Source: Clostridia bacterium (lineage in GTDB: Bacteria; Bacillota; Clostridia; Christensenellales; CAG-138). Taken from it: DNA of 64,000 nucleotides. The DNA is taken from positions 14,146 to 78,145 of the forward strand of contig JAUNJX010000006.1 of assembly GCA_030533005.1 (NCBI GenBank). Reading direction: 5' to 3'. Of the stretch, positions 9,146 to 21,169 are shown one piece after another. The translations under genes were made by a program, and so were the position numbers. Every line of letters starts with the position of its first letter. Position 1 is the stretch's first letter. The notes below the pieces were generated by a model. It was not told the origin of the DNA, made no database searches, and saw only the letters and a list, made by a program, of their open reading frames with translations.

Positions 9146-10918
9146 TCATTTCAGCTTGCGCCATAGCGTACTTCTGCTGATACCAAGGCGCTTGGCGGCC
9201 ACGCTTTGATTCATTCCAACTTCTGCCAGCACCTGATGAATGATATCTTTTTCGATCTCATCCAACGGACGTTGAAGATCAATGGTCATGCCGAGAGCTG
9301 CTTCCACATGCGTAGACCAGCATTGCTGCATTTCCCGGGCCGCTTCTTCAGCGGTTATTAAATAGGAGTTGGAATTTTTGACAAGACGGGACATCGTTTT
9401 CTCAAACTGCACAAGATTCAGGGGCCAAGTGTAGGATTGCAGTATAGCCATAGCCTCCGGCTCAACGCCGCCCACGGATTTATTATTTTCAACATTCAGC
9501 TGATTGAGCAGCAGATTCACAAGCGTCGGAATATCCTCTCTACGCTCTCGAAGGGGCGGCAGGAATATCACGCTCTGGCTGAGCAATTCATATAAGGCAA
9601 GAGAAAATTGCTCTTTCATGACCAGCTCCTGAAGATCTACTACCGATGAACATATGATGCGATTGCGCTTATATAAAAGCGTATCGTCTATATATGCGCT
9701 CAACTGTGTTTGAATGTTAGGCGCAAGGCGATGGATGTTTTCAAAAAACACAGTACAGTCTTTTCCGTTTATCGGGCTACTTATGTTGGACGTAAACTGC
9801 GTCCATTGCCGATCTTGCAGCGTATCGCAGGAAATATGAATAAACATGCCGCTACGCCGACGGCTCTGAGAATGTATATAGCGTGCCAGCGCTGTTTTCT
9901 GCATCCCCTGTTCGCCTACAATGATGACCGATGCGTTGCTTTGTATCGCGTCCTCTATCATGTTGATCGTAGATTGGATCTTGGGTGCGAACAAAAACAG
10001 GCGCTTCCCTTGCGTCTTTTCTTCCAAATGCTCCACAGCAATACCGGGTATGATGGACGAGGTTTTATAGGACATCCTTATAAAGAAGCAACTATACTGG
10101 TTCCCATTATCCAGAAATATCTGGCCTGTGATTTCCAAAAGCTGATTGCAGCTCTTTTTATATGTGCGCAACTCACCCTGCTCCTGCAAAAGCGGCAGAT
10201 ACTTTTGCAGCGTTTCCATAAGCATCTCTTGATCCATCGTTTTCGCTAAATGATTGGATTGTATATAACGTCCGCTTCGATCAAATATAACGATGCCTAC
10301 CTGAATACAATCTACGATATCACGGTACAGCTTATAATATGCTTGATCACGAGCGATGTTTCTGCATAAAGCAATTGCTGATTCGAACGCAGCCGCTACG
10401 CTTTCCTTAGAGGATGCAATCAGTATGCTGAGCAACCCTACCTCCTCCGCTGTTTCAGAAGCGATCACGTCCCCCAATATCATTTGTACGCCCTGATCCC
10501 GCAGCTCCTCGATCTGCTGGCGCACGTTATTCATCGTTATCTCCCGAATGATGGGACGGTCATATTGCAACACATCGCACAGCCCACTAGCCATTCGAAT
10601 GATACTCCCATATCCAACCACCGCAAACGGTTCGCCGCACCGTTCCGCTAGTTTTAATGCGCGCAACATATCCAATGTGGATATTTCAATCTCAATCACC
10701 GGAATATCTACATGCTGACGAAGAAATTTGGCCGTACCGCCACGGGAAATGATCGCGTCAAATTTCTGTTGTGGAAAAGCGGCGACATATTCGATAGCCC
10801 GCTCTAAATTTCCCGTGAAAAAGTCCAGATGGATCTGCGCATACTCAGCGGCTACCATGGCAACCATATTTTGCAGCTCCTCATACGGTGCTACGGATAG
10901 TATCTGAATCGCCTTCAT
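9146..10918 (-). CDS. PrpR-N / PAS / degenerate sigma54-interaction (AAA+) / Fis-HTH transcriptional regulator
   Basis: 590 aa. PrpR-like N-terminal domain. The central module has GEQGMQKT in place of GESGTGKE, FFENI in place of LFLDEI, and no GAFTGA loop. C-terminal HTH: NQSVAAKRLGISRSTLWRKL. Confidence 0.85.
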   Translation of the reverse strand: MKAIQILSVAPYEELQNMVAMVAAEYAQIHLDFFTGNLERAIEYVAAFPQQKFDAIISRGGTAKFLRQHVDIPVIEIEISTLDMLRALKLAERCGEPFAVVGYGSIIRMASGLCDVLQYDRPIIREITMNNVRQQIEELRDQGVQMILGDVIASETAEEVGLLSILIASSKESVAAAFESAIALCRNIARDQAYYKLYRDIVDCIQVGIVIFDRSGRYIQSNHLAKTMDQEMLMETLQKYLPLLQEQGELRTYKKSCNQLLEITGQIFLDNGNQYSCFFIRMSYKTSSIIPGIAVEHLEEKTQGKRLFLFAPKIQSTINMIEDAIQSNASVIIVGEQGMQKTALARYIHSQSRRRSGMFIHISCDTLQDRQWTQFTSNISSPINGKDCTVFFENIHRLAPNIQTQLSAYIDDTLLYKRNRIICSSVVDLQELVMKEQFSLALYELLSQSVIFLPPLRERREDIPTLVNLLLNQLNVENNKSVGGVEPEAMAILQSYTWPLNLVQFEKTMSRLVKNSNSYLITAEEAAREMQQCWSTHVEAALGMTIDLQRPLDEIEKDIIHQVLAEVGMNQSVAAKRLGISRSTLWRKLK

Positions 10919-11005
10919 TCGTTTTTCCCTCCCAATATATTGCAGTCATTTACAACATTTATTTTATTATGAGACTATGGTATCATAATGTCAATGCTGG
11001 AAATC

Positions 11006-11034
11006 AAAAAGTGTTTCAAACGGCAACACTTTTT
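11006..11034. promoter_or_regulatory. 10-bp perfect inverted repeat (AAAAAGTGTT-N9-AACACTTTTT) in the divergent promoter region
   Basis: Read directly from the sequence. It lies between the regulator start (10918) and the pdxA-like start (11118). Confidence 0.4.
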
Positions 11035-11117
11035 AGCGTTCTTACCACTTGCAGTTCTGGGCAGTATTCTTAAAATAAAATATATGTCGTATAGCAATTA
11101 TCTAGGAGGCGAAATGA

Positions 11118-12143
11118 ATGAGAAAACGTATAGCGATCACAATGGGAGACGCGGCGGGGATCGGTGCGGAAATCACGGTAAAAGCGCTGTCTTCTTCCGA
11201 AGTCTATGAAAAAGCAATACCGGTCGTGTATGGCGACCGCGCTCCTTTGGAGGACGCTCTTTCGTTTTGCAAGCTGGATGGCCTTAAGCTCAAGGCCATC
11301 GAAAGTTGGGACGAGGCCGTTGGAGAATACGGCGTTATCGAATTTTTCGACGCCGGGCTGCTGGCGCCCGGCGCATGGGAATACAAAAAAAACCAAGCAG
11401 TTTCCGGCGATGCGTCGTTCCAGTATATCATTGCAGCGATCCGTGACGCCATGGATAAAAAGTGCGATGCTGTTGTCACGGGTCCCATCAGCAAGGAAGC
11501 CATACATATGGCGGGCCATAATTATTCTGGACATACAGAAATCTTTGCAGACTACACCAATACGCACAAATATTCCATGCTGCTTTCCGGCGGTAACCTC
11601 CGCGTGATCCATGTGACTACCCATGTTTCCATGGAGCAGGCATGTAAACTGATCACCATGGAACGGGAGCTGGATGTTATTCGTTTGGCCAAGCGCGGTA
11701 TGGCCCTGCTGGGATATGAAAATCCCCGCATCGCAGTGGCTGGCTTCAATGCCCACTGCTCTGAAAACGGACTCTTTGGCAATCAGGAGGCGCTGGCTAT
11801 AGAACCGGCTGTTCATGCGGCTCAGGCAGAAGGCATTTGCGTTGATGGACCCATACCTCCAGATACGGTCTTCTGCAAAGCGCTTGGCGGCATGTACGAC
11901 ATCGTTGTAGCACAATATCATGACCAAGGTCATATACCGATCAAGCTGCAGGGTTTTCGGCTGGATCCGAAAACCAATATGTATACTTCTATGAGCGGCA
12001 TCAACTGTACCATAGGTCTTCCTATTATCAGAACCTCTGTAGACCATGGCACGGCATACGGCAAAGCTGGTGAGGGCCGCGCAAACGAAGAAAGTATGCG
12101 CGATGCTATCGATGCGGCCATCACCATGGCCAATCATTTTTGA
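11118..12143 (+). CDS. PdxA-family NAD-dependent 4-phospho-hydroxyacid dehydrogenase (PdxA2-like)
   Basis: 341 aa. Motifs GDAAGIGAEI, GHTEIF, VTTHVS, QYHDQGHIPIK and TSVDHGTA are PdxA hallmarks. Confidence 0.9.
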   Translation: MRKRIAITMGDAAGIGAEITVKALSSSEVYEKAIPVVYGDRAPLEDALSFCKLDGLKLKAIESWDEAVGEYGVIEFFDAGLLAPGAWEYKKNQAVSGDASFQYIIAAIRDAMDKKCDAVVTGPISKEAIHMAGHNYSGHTEIFADYTNTHKYSMLLSGGNLRVIHVTTHVSMEQACKLITMERELDVIRLAKRGMALLGYENPRIAVAGFNAHCSENGLFGNQEALAIEPAVHAAQAEGICVDGPIPPDTVFCKALGGMYDIVVAQYHDQGHIPIKLQGFRLDPKTNMYTSMSGINCTIGLPIIRTSVDHGTAYGKAGEGRANEESMRDAIDAAITMANHF

Positions 12144-12178
12144 TCTTTGAATCGATCAATTGCTGACAGGAGAAGATT

Positions 12179-13537
12179 TTGAAAGTAATTATTATCGCTG
12201 ATGATTTTACCGGAGCTCTGGATACGGCTACCCAATTTTCTAAAATTGGTATCCGAACCGTAGTTTATCCATCTACGCAAGGGAAATTGCCCGATATTGA
12301 CAGCAACGTTCCCGTAGTTGTATTGAACTCGGAAAGTCGGCATCTTAAGCCTGTTGATGCTTATTCCAATGTATACGCCCTTACCCAGTGGGCGTTAACG
12401 CAACGTCCGTCAATCATCTATAAAAAAACCGACTCCGCTTTGCGTGGAAACATCGGCAGCGAGCTGCAGGCAGTATCCGACGCCAATATAAAGGGTAAGT
12501 CCATCTATTTCCTTCCCGGCTATCCGCAAAATGCCCGCACAACAGTGAATGGTATCCATTATTACGAAGGCATTCCCATAGCGGAAAGTGTTTTTGGCCA
12601 AGACCCTCTGGATCCCATTGCATATTCAGATGTGCAAATGATACTTAAGGCGCAGACAGATATGGAGAGCCGTATACTCAAAAGAGGAGAACCCCTACCT
12701 GCTGAAAGAGGTAATCCCTGCATATATATCTGTGACAGCCAGGTTTCTGAGGACATTCAGCACATCTGCCGGCAGTTGCCCCCAGCAAGCTCCGATGCGC
12801 CCTTGCTTCTGGCCGGCTGTGCCGGCTTTGCAGAGTATGTTGCCAAGAATCTGCTTCTTCAAGCATCCGCAAATGCCATGGGGCCGTATCAGCATCCCGC
12901 TCCCACCAAACTGCTTGTCGTTTCAGGCAGCCTCAATTCCATTACGATGGAGCAGTTGAGTTACAGTAAATCCTGCGGCATCACGTCGTTTTTGCTGCAT
13001 GAAGACGTTGAACTGTCTTCGGATTACACACAAACCGCAGCCTGCAGGCAATTTGTCGCGCAGATAAGGGATGTTCTTGATAAAAACAATGTTGTCATAC
13101 TGGAAACGGCAGGCGTGGATTATGTAAATGAATCCATACCCAAAGAAAAATACGCCGACATCAGCCAAGCCATTGCAACGCTGATAGAGTACACTGTGGC
13201 TGACATGGAAAACTATGCGTTAGCAGTCTTTGGCGGCGATACCCTGCAAGCTATCGCCAACCGGCTTTTTCCTTTTGGCATCATACCGCAGGAGGAAATA
13301 GAGCTTGGCGTACCTGTCGCCTATGCTATCGACCGAACCCATCAGAGTAATATCATTATCACCAAATCTGGCGGATTTGGCTCTCAGGATGTCATTCTAA
13401 AAATCATGCGATATTTGCACATTGATGTGCAACAGAATGAAAGCACAAAACACCCCATTAAAAGCAGCCAAATCTCTGTGGGAGCGCAATCAAGTTGCTC
13501 TGCGCAAGCAGACGTCATTTTTGAACACGGCGTATAG
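12179..13537 (+). CDS. four-carbon acid sugar kinase family protein (DUF1537, OtnK/DtnK-like)
   Basis: 452 aa with a TTG start after CAGGAGAAG. The N-terminus MKVIIIADDFTGALDTATQF is the family signature. Confidence 0.85.
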   Translation: MKVIIIADDFTGALDTATQFSKIGIRTVVYPSTQGKLPDIDSNVPVVVLNSESRHLKPVDAYSNVYALTQWALTQRPSIIYKKTDSALRGNIGSELQAVSDANIKGKSIYFLPGYPQNARTTVNGIHYYEGIPIAESVFGQDPLDPIAYSDVQMILKAQTDMESRILKRGEPLPAERGNPCIYICDSQVSEDIQHICRQLPPASSDAPLLLAGCAGFAEYVAKNLLLQASANAMGPYQHPAPTKLLVVSGSLNSITMEQLSYSKSCGITSFLLHEDVELSSDYTQTAACRQFVAQIRDVLDKNNVVILETAGVDYVNESIPKEKYADISQAIATLIEYTVADMENYALAVFGGDTLQAIANRLFPFGIIPQEEIELGVPVAYAIDRTHQSNIIITKSGGFGSQDVILKIMRYLHIDVQQNESTKHPIKSSQISVGAQSSCSAQADVIFEHGV

Positions 13538-13578
13538 CCATAATTCTTTATTTTATAGAAGAACAGGAGAGCACAACT

Positions 13579-14625
13579 ATGGAAAAAACAATGAAGGGTC
13601 TGATGAAACAGTTCCCTGAGACAGGCGCAACCTTCCGTGTCGATTTGCCTATCCCCGAACCCGCTGATAACGAGATATTGGTTAAGGTTCATTTTGCGGC
13701 AATCTGCGGCACCGACCAACATATATATGAATGGAATGAATGGGCGCAGGAAAGAGTACCCCTGCCCATGGTGTTCGGCCATGAATTTTCCGGTGAGATC
13801 ATAAAAGTCGGTAGCGGCGTTACCGCTTTCAGGGCGGGTGATCGTATTGCCGCAGAAACCCACATTCCCTGCAATAACTGCTACCAGTGCCGCACGGGCA
13901 ATATGCACAACTGTGAAAACATGAAAATTATAGGCGTTCATGTTGCAGGCGGCTTTTCTGATTATGCCGTCATTCCCCAAGATTGTGCATGGAAGCTGGA
14001 TGATTTTATTTCCTATCGTCATGCCGCTATGCTGGAGCCTATGGGCGTCGCGGTGCACGGCGTGATGTCTGACGACATTAATCTTAAGTCCGTTGTTATC
14101 CTAGGCTGTGGTCCTATCGGCGTTATGGCGGCGGGTGTTGCCGCAGCTGCTGGAGCAGCTCAGGTTATTGCCGTAGATGTGTTTGATAATAAGCTGGCCA
14201 TGGCTAAAAAGGTCGGCGCTAACATCTGCATCAATACCAAAACGCAGGACTTTATCGATGTCATCCTTAAGGAGACTAACGGCCAAGGTGCAGACGTCAT
14301 TGTTGACTATACCGGCGCGGTTGGCCTTATCGAAGTCGCATTTAAAGCCTTAAAAAAGGGCGGCCGGTTCACATTTGTTGGACTACCCAACAAGAAGCTG
14401 TCTTTGGATCTTACTAGCGCCGTTATTTATAAAGAGGCAAGAATGAACGGAGTTACCGGACGCTTGATGTATAAGACATGGTATCAGTGCATGGATATAC
14501 TCAGGCAGGGAACGTTCACGCTGGATGATGTTATCGGCGGTATATATGGCCTTGAGGATTACGAGAAGGCATTCCAAGATATCCGATCCGGCATTCCCGG
14601 TAAAATGCTGTTTGACCTTGAATAG
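13579..14625 (+). CDS. Zn-dependent MDR dehydrogenase, L-threonine 3-dehydrogenase-like
   Basis: 348 aa. AAICGTDQHIYEWNEWAQERVPLPMVFGHEFSGE closely parallels the Tdh catalytic-zinc region. Confidence 0.85.
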   Translation: MEKTMKGLMKQFPETGATFRVDLPIPEPADNEILVKVHFAAICGTDQHIYEWNEWAQERVPLPMVFGHEFSGEIIKVGSGVTAFRAGDRIAAETHIPCNNCYQCRTGNMHNCENMKIIGVHVAGGFSDYAVIPQDCAWKLDDFISYRHAAMLEPMGVAVHGVMSDDINLKSVVILGCGPIGVMAAGVAAAAGAAQVIAVDVFDNKLAMAKKVGANICINTKTQDFIDVILKETNGQGADVIVDYTGAVGLIEVAFKALKKGGRFTFVGLPNKKLSLDLTSAVIYKEARMNGVTGRLMYKTWYQCMDILRQGTFTLDDVIGGIYGLEDYEKAFQDIRSGIPGKMLFDLE

Positions 14626-14672
14626 TAAAAATCATTTTTTCATATGTGGATAGGCAGATACCAAGTTTTCCA

Positions 14673-14703
14673 AGCCGGGCTGCACTTTTTGCCGCCCGGC
14701 TTT
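14673..14703 (+). terminator. putative intrinsic terminator after the dehydrogenase gene
   Basis: AGCCGGGC-N13-GCCCGGCT followed by a short TTT. Confidence 0.45.
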
Positions 14704-14713
14704 ACTTGGCGCT

Positions 14714-14863
14714 TTAGAGGTAAGCACCCACCGCATGACCGCCCGTCACACTAAGAGGCAGGAGCATCTGCTGCCGGATCTCTCTGCATAACCGAACAAA
14801 CTCGTTTCGTGATAGTGCTTTCAAATCTTGCGGGGGGGTGATTTCATCCAAGACTTTGCACAT
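14714..14863 (-). pseudogene. dxs: 5' remnant of dxs (1-deoxy-D-xylulose-5-phosphate synthase), 49 codons
   Basis: Own translation: MCKVLDEITPPQDLKALSRNEFVRLCREIRQQMLLPLSVTGGHAVGAYL*. It follows the Dxs N-terminal pattern LDxIxxPxDLKxLSxxELxxLxxEIRxxxxxxVSxTGGH, then diverges and stops. About 580 codons are missing. Confidence 0.55.
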
Positions 14864-14945
14864 TGCTTTCCTTTCCTAAACAGCGGCTTATTACTTATGG
14901 TTGCCGTAAGCACAAGCAATGCCGGTGGCTTCAGGAACAGAAGAT

Positions 14946-15314
14946 TCATCCCATTGCCGCCGGGAATCCAAAAACAGTCATACATTCTATATCCAGCATA
15001 TCCATGAATAGTTGAAAAGTGGAGGAGTAACCATGGCACATGGCGGATCGATCTATCAAAACACCGTAAGGCGTATCGCTCCCGTCTGTCAATCCAGCGG
15101 CCACTACATCTTCCACTCGCATAAAATTGTTTTCGCTCAAATAGTGTACCTTCTGAACCGTTGTTGGTATAGGTGGTACAATTTTAACCGGTGTGTTTGT
15201 GTTATTGAAGAAAAGCGTTAGTCCAAGCACGGTTAAGGTCACCCGCGAAGTTATACCAGAACCCGAAGAACTCTTTAAGGGTGTCCCGCTTTCAAAACTC
15301 ACAGAATTGGCCAA
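14946..15314 (-). pseudogene. transglutaminase-like cysteine-protease core fragment
   Basis: PYGVLIDRSAMCHGYSSTFQLFMDMLDIECMTVFG resembles the Cys-containing core of transglutaminase-like domains. It stops before the expected His/Asp part, and the N-terminal half is non-homologous. It lies in a low-GC patch. Confidence 0.4.
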
Positions 15315-15531
15315 GCAAATCTATCACGGGTTATATTGCACGATAGATAAGTATGGATTTTTGGTTTTCCACCACAAATCAAACAGAGGACATCAAACCT
15401 TTCACACGCAAATGGTCTTGGATGAAGACGGAAAACTAAAAAATCTTGGTGGGCACTATCCCGGGCAATGGTGGTCTGGTGCAGATGAATTTGCCAAGAG
15501 AGCAAATGAAATATTCAAATTCAACGCATAA
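15193..15531 (+). CDS. hypothetical small protein
   Basis: 112-aa ORF with a GTG start. The protein-like C-terminal part reads YGFLVFHHKSNRGHQTFHTQMVLDEDGKLKNLGGHYPGQWWSGADEFAKRANEIF and is followed by a strong hairpin. It overlaps the opposite-strand fragment, so only one of the two is likely real. Confidence 0.35.
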   Translation: MFVLLKKSVSPSTVKVTREVIPEPEELFKGVPLSKLTELAKQIYHGLYCTIDKYGFLVFHHKSNRGHQTFHTQMVLDEDGKLKNLGGHYPGQWWSGADEFAKRANEIFKFNA

Positions 15532-15560
15532 AACGAACCATATTATAATCGGTAAAGCAA

Positions 15561-15603
15561 AGAGAGCTAACTGACTTAATCAAAATCAGTTAACTCTCTT
15601 TTT
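15561..15603. terminator. bidirectional intrinsic terminator
   Basis: AGAGAGCTAACTGA-N11-TCAGTTAACTCTCT with one mismatch, flanked by AAA and TTTTT. It lies between convergent genes (15531 + and guaA 15697 -). Confidence 0.6.
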
Positions 15604-15696
15604 ATGAATAATGAAAAAATGTTGCCATTTCGTTGCCACGAACGGCTTCATGCATCAAAAAGTCCAGTGTTTACGGGCTTTTTCAGGCCTCTGAAA

Positions 15697-17232
15697 TCAT
15701 TCCCACTCTATCGTTCCCGGCGGTTTGCTCGTGATATCATAGACCACGCGGTTCACATGCGGCACCTCGCCGATGATACGTTCGCTGATGCGGCGCAGCA
15801 CTGGATAGGGAAGCTCCGCCCACTCCACGGTCATGGCGTCTGTGGAGGTGACAGCGCGCACGCCGATCGCATAATCATAGGTGCGCTGATCGCCCATAAC
15901 GCCCACGCTGCGAAGGCCGGTAAAGACGGTAAAATATTGCCAGATATCGTTTTCCAGCCCCGCCTTGGCGACCTCGTCGCGCAGGATAAAATCGCTTTTG
16001 CGAAGAATGTCGAGCTTTTCCTCCGTAATATCCCCGATGACGCGGATGGCGAGACCCGGGCCGGGGAAGGGCTGCCGCCAAACCAGCTTGTGCGGGATGC
16101 CCAGATGCTCGCCCAAGGCGCGCACCTCGTCCTTAAAAAGCATGCGCAGCGGCTCGAGCAAGCCCTTAAAGCCAATGTCCTTTGGCAGCCCGCCTACGTT
16201 ATGATGGCTTTTGATGGTATCCGCCGCTCCCGTGCCGCTTTCAATCACATCCGGATAGATGGTGCCCTGCAAAAGATAGTCTGCGCCGCCCAGCTTGCGC
16301 GCCTCCTCCTCGAATACGCGGATGAATTCCGCACCAATGATCTTGCGCTTCTGCTCCGGTTCCGTCACGCCCGCAAGCTTTGCAAGAAACCGCGCGCGCG
16401 CGTCCACCGCGATGATGTTGAGCTTGAGGGTATCGCGGTAAAAGGCCATGACCTCCTCCGCCTCGTTAAGACGCAGCAGGCCGTGATCCACAAATATGCA
16501 GGTGAGCCTGTCGCCTATGGCCTGATGCACCAGCACGGATGCCACGGAGGAATCCACGCCGCCCGAAAGGGCGCCCAGCACCCTGCCGTCACCCACCTGG
16601 CTTCGCACGCTCTTTATAAGCGCATCCGCCATGCCCGCCGTGCTGTATGTGCAGCGGCAGCCGCAGATATTTTGCAGGAAATTGCGGAATATCAGCTCCC
16701 CCTGCGGCGTATGCGCAACCTCGGCGTGGAACTGGATGCCGTATAGCCGCCGCGCGTCATCCGCAAAGGCCGCTACGGGGCAATGCTCCGTTTGGGCGAT
16801 GCTCACAAAGCCCTGCGGCAGCGCCGTCACGGCGTCGTTATGGTTCATCCACACGATGTTGCCGTCTATGCCCGCAAAGAGAGGATGCTTTGCAAAGCGT
16901 ATGGCGGTGCGGCCATACTCCTTCACGTCGGCTGCACGAACCCCGCCGCCAAAGACCTTTACCATGTACTGCATGCCATAGCAGACGCCAAGTATCGGTA
17001 CGCCAAGGGAAAACACCTCGTCAAGGCAGGTCTTGGCGTCCGGCGCGTAGACGCTGTCCGGCCCGCCTGTCATGATAATGCCCGAAAGGGCGTCGCCTTT
17101 GATCTTGTCGATACCCGATTTGTGCGAGAGCAACTCGCTGAACACGCCCGCTTCCCGCACGCGCCGCGCGATCAACTGATTGTACTGCCCGCCAAAGTCC
17201 AGCACCACGATACGTTCCCTGTCCTGCGCCAT
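15697..17232 (-). CDS. guaA: GMP synthase (glutamine-hydrolysing)
   Basis: 511 aa with a GATase domain, ATP-PPase motif SGGVDSSV and the canonical C-terminal ...PPGTIEWE. Confidence 0.95.
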   Translation of the reverse strand: MAQDRERIVVLDFGGQYNQLIARRVREAGVFSELLSHKSGIDKIKGDALSGIIMTGGPDSVYAPDAKTCLDEVFSLGVPILGVCYGMQYMVKVFGGGVRAADVKEYGRTAIRFAKHPLFAGIDGNIVWMNHNDAVTALPQGFVSIAQTEHCPVAAFADDARRLYGIQFHAEVAHTPQGELIFRNFLQNICGCRCTYSTAGMADALIKSVRSQVGDGRVLGALSGGVDSSVASVLVHQAIGDRLTCIFVDHGLLRLNEAEEVMAFYRDTLKLNIIAVDARARFLAKLAGVTEPEQKRKIIGAEFIRVFEEEARKLGGADYLLQGTIYPDVIESGTGAADTIKSHHNVGGLPKDIGFKGLLEPLRMLFKDEVRALGEHLGIPHKLVWRQPFPGPGLAIRVIGDITEEKLDILRKSDFILRDEVAKAGLENDIWQYFTVFTGLRSVGVMGDQRTYDYAIGVRAVTSTDAMTVEWAELPYPVLRRISERIIGEVPHVNRVVYDITSKPPGTIEWE

Positions 17233-17280
17233 AGGATCACCTCAAAGCCTTCCTTTAGATTTTCATATTATAAAGCGTCA

Positions 17281-21013
<3,733 letters not shown>

Positions 21014-21064
21014 CTTTTCACCCTCCAAACATAGTTTTGCCCGCGCCGCCAAAGGTTTTGGGCA

Positions 21065-21099
21065 TAAAAAAAGAGCGTCGCAGATGCAATCTGCGGCGC
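21065..21099 (-). terminator. intrinsic terminator-like hairpin inside the glnN 5' leader (candidate attenuator)
   Basis: The RNA reads GCGCCGCAGAU-UGC-AUCUGCGACGC (10 of 11 bp) followed by UCUUUUUUUA. It sits between the predicted promoter and the glnN RBS. Confidence 0.55.
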
Positions 21100-21122
21100 C
21101 ATTGCCGTTTCTCAATGTTGGG

Positions 21123-21151
21123 ATTTTAGCACTGCGGCGCACGACTGTCAA
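21123..21151 (-). promoter_or_regulatory. sigma-A type promoter for glnN
   Basis: On the minus strand, TTGACA-17 nt-TAAAAT. Confidence 0.55.
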
Positions 21152-21169
21152 CACCTTTTTTGCGCATCG

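Noticed and set aside
21014-21154. N-terminal extensions proposed by the ORF track for glnN (also 25578-25670 glnA, 55904-55966 cheBR, 55979-56146 hydrolase-GNAT, 50880-50960 mntP, 28329-28403 yitT, 32355-32468, 32774-33157, 33554-33628, 35743-35787, 44477-44509, 53080-53133, 61819-61962, 62775-62903)
   Set aside because: In each case an internal ATG is preceded by a good Shine-Dalgarno sequence and yields the family-typical N-terminus or an ATGA coupling. The extensions are Arg/Cys-rich or overlap promoters or the riboswitch.
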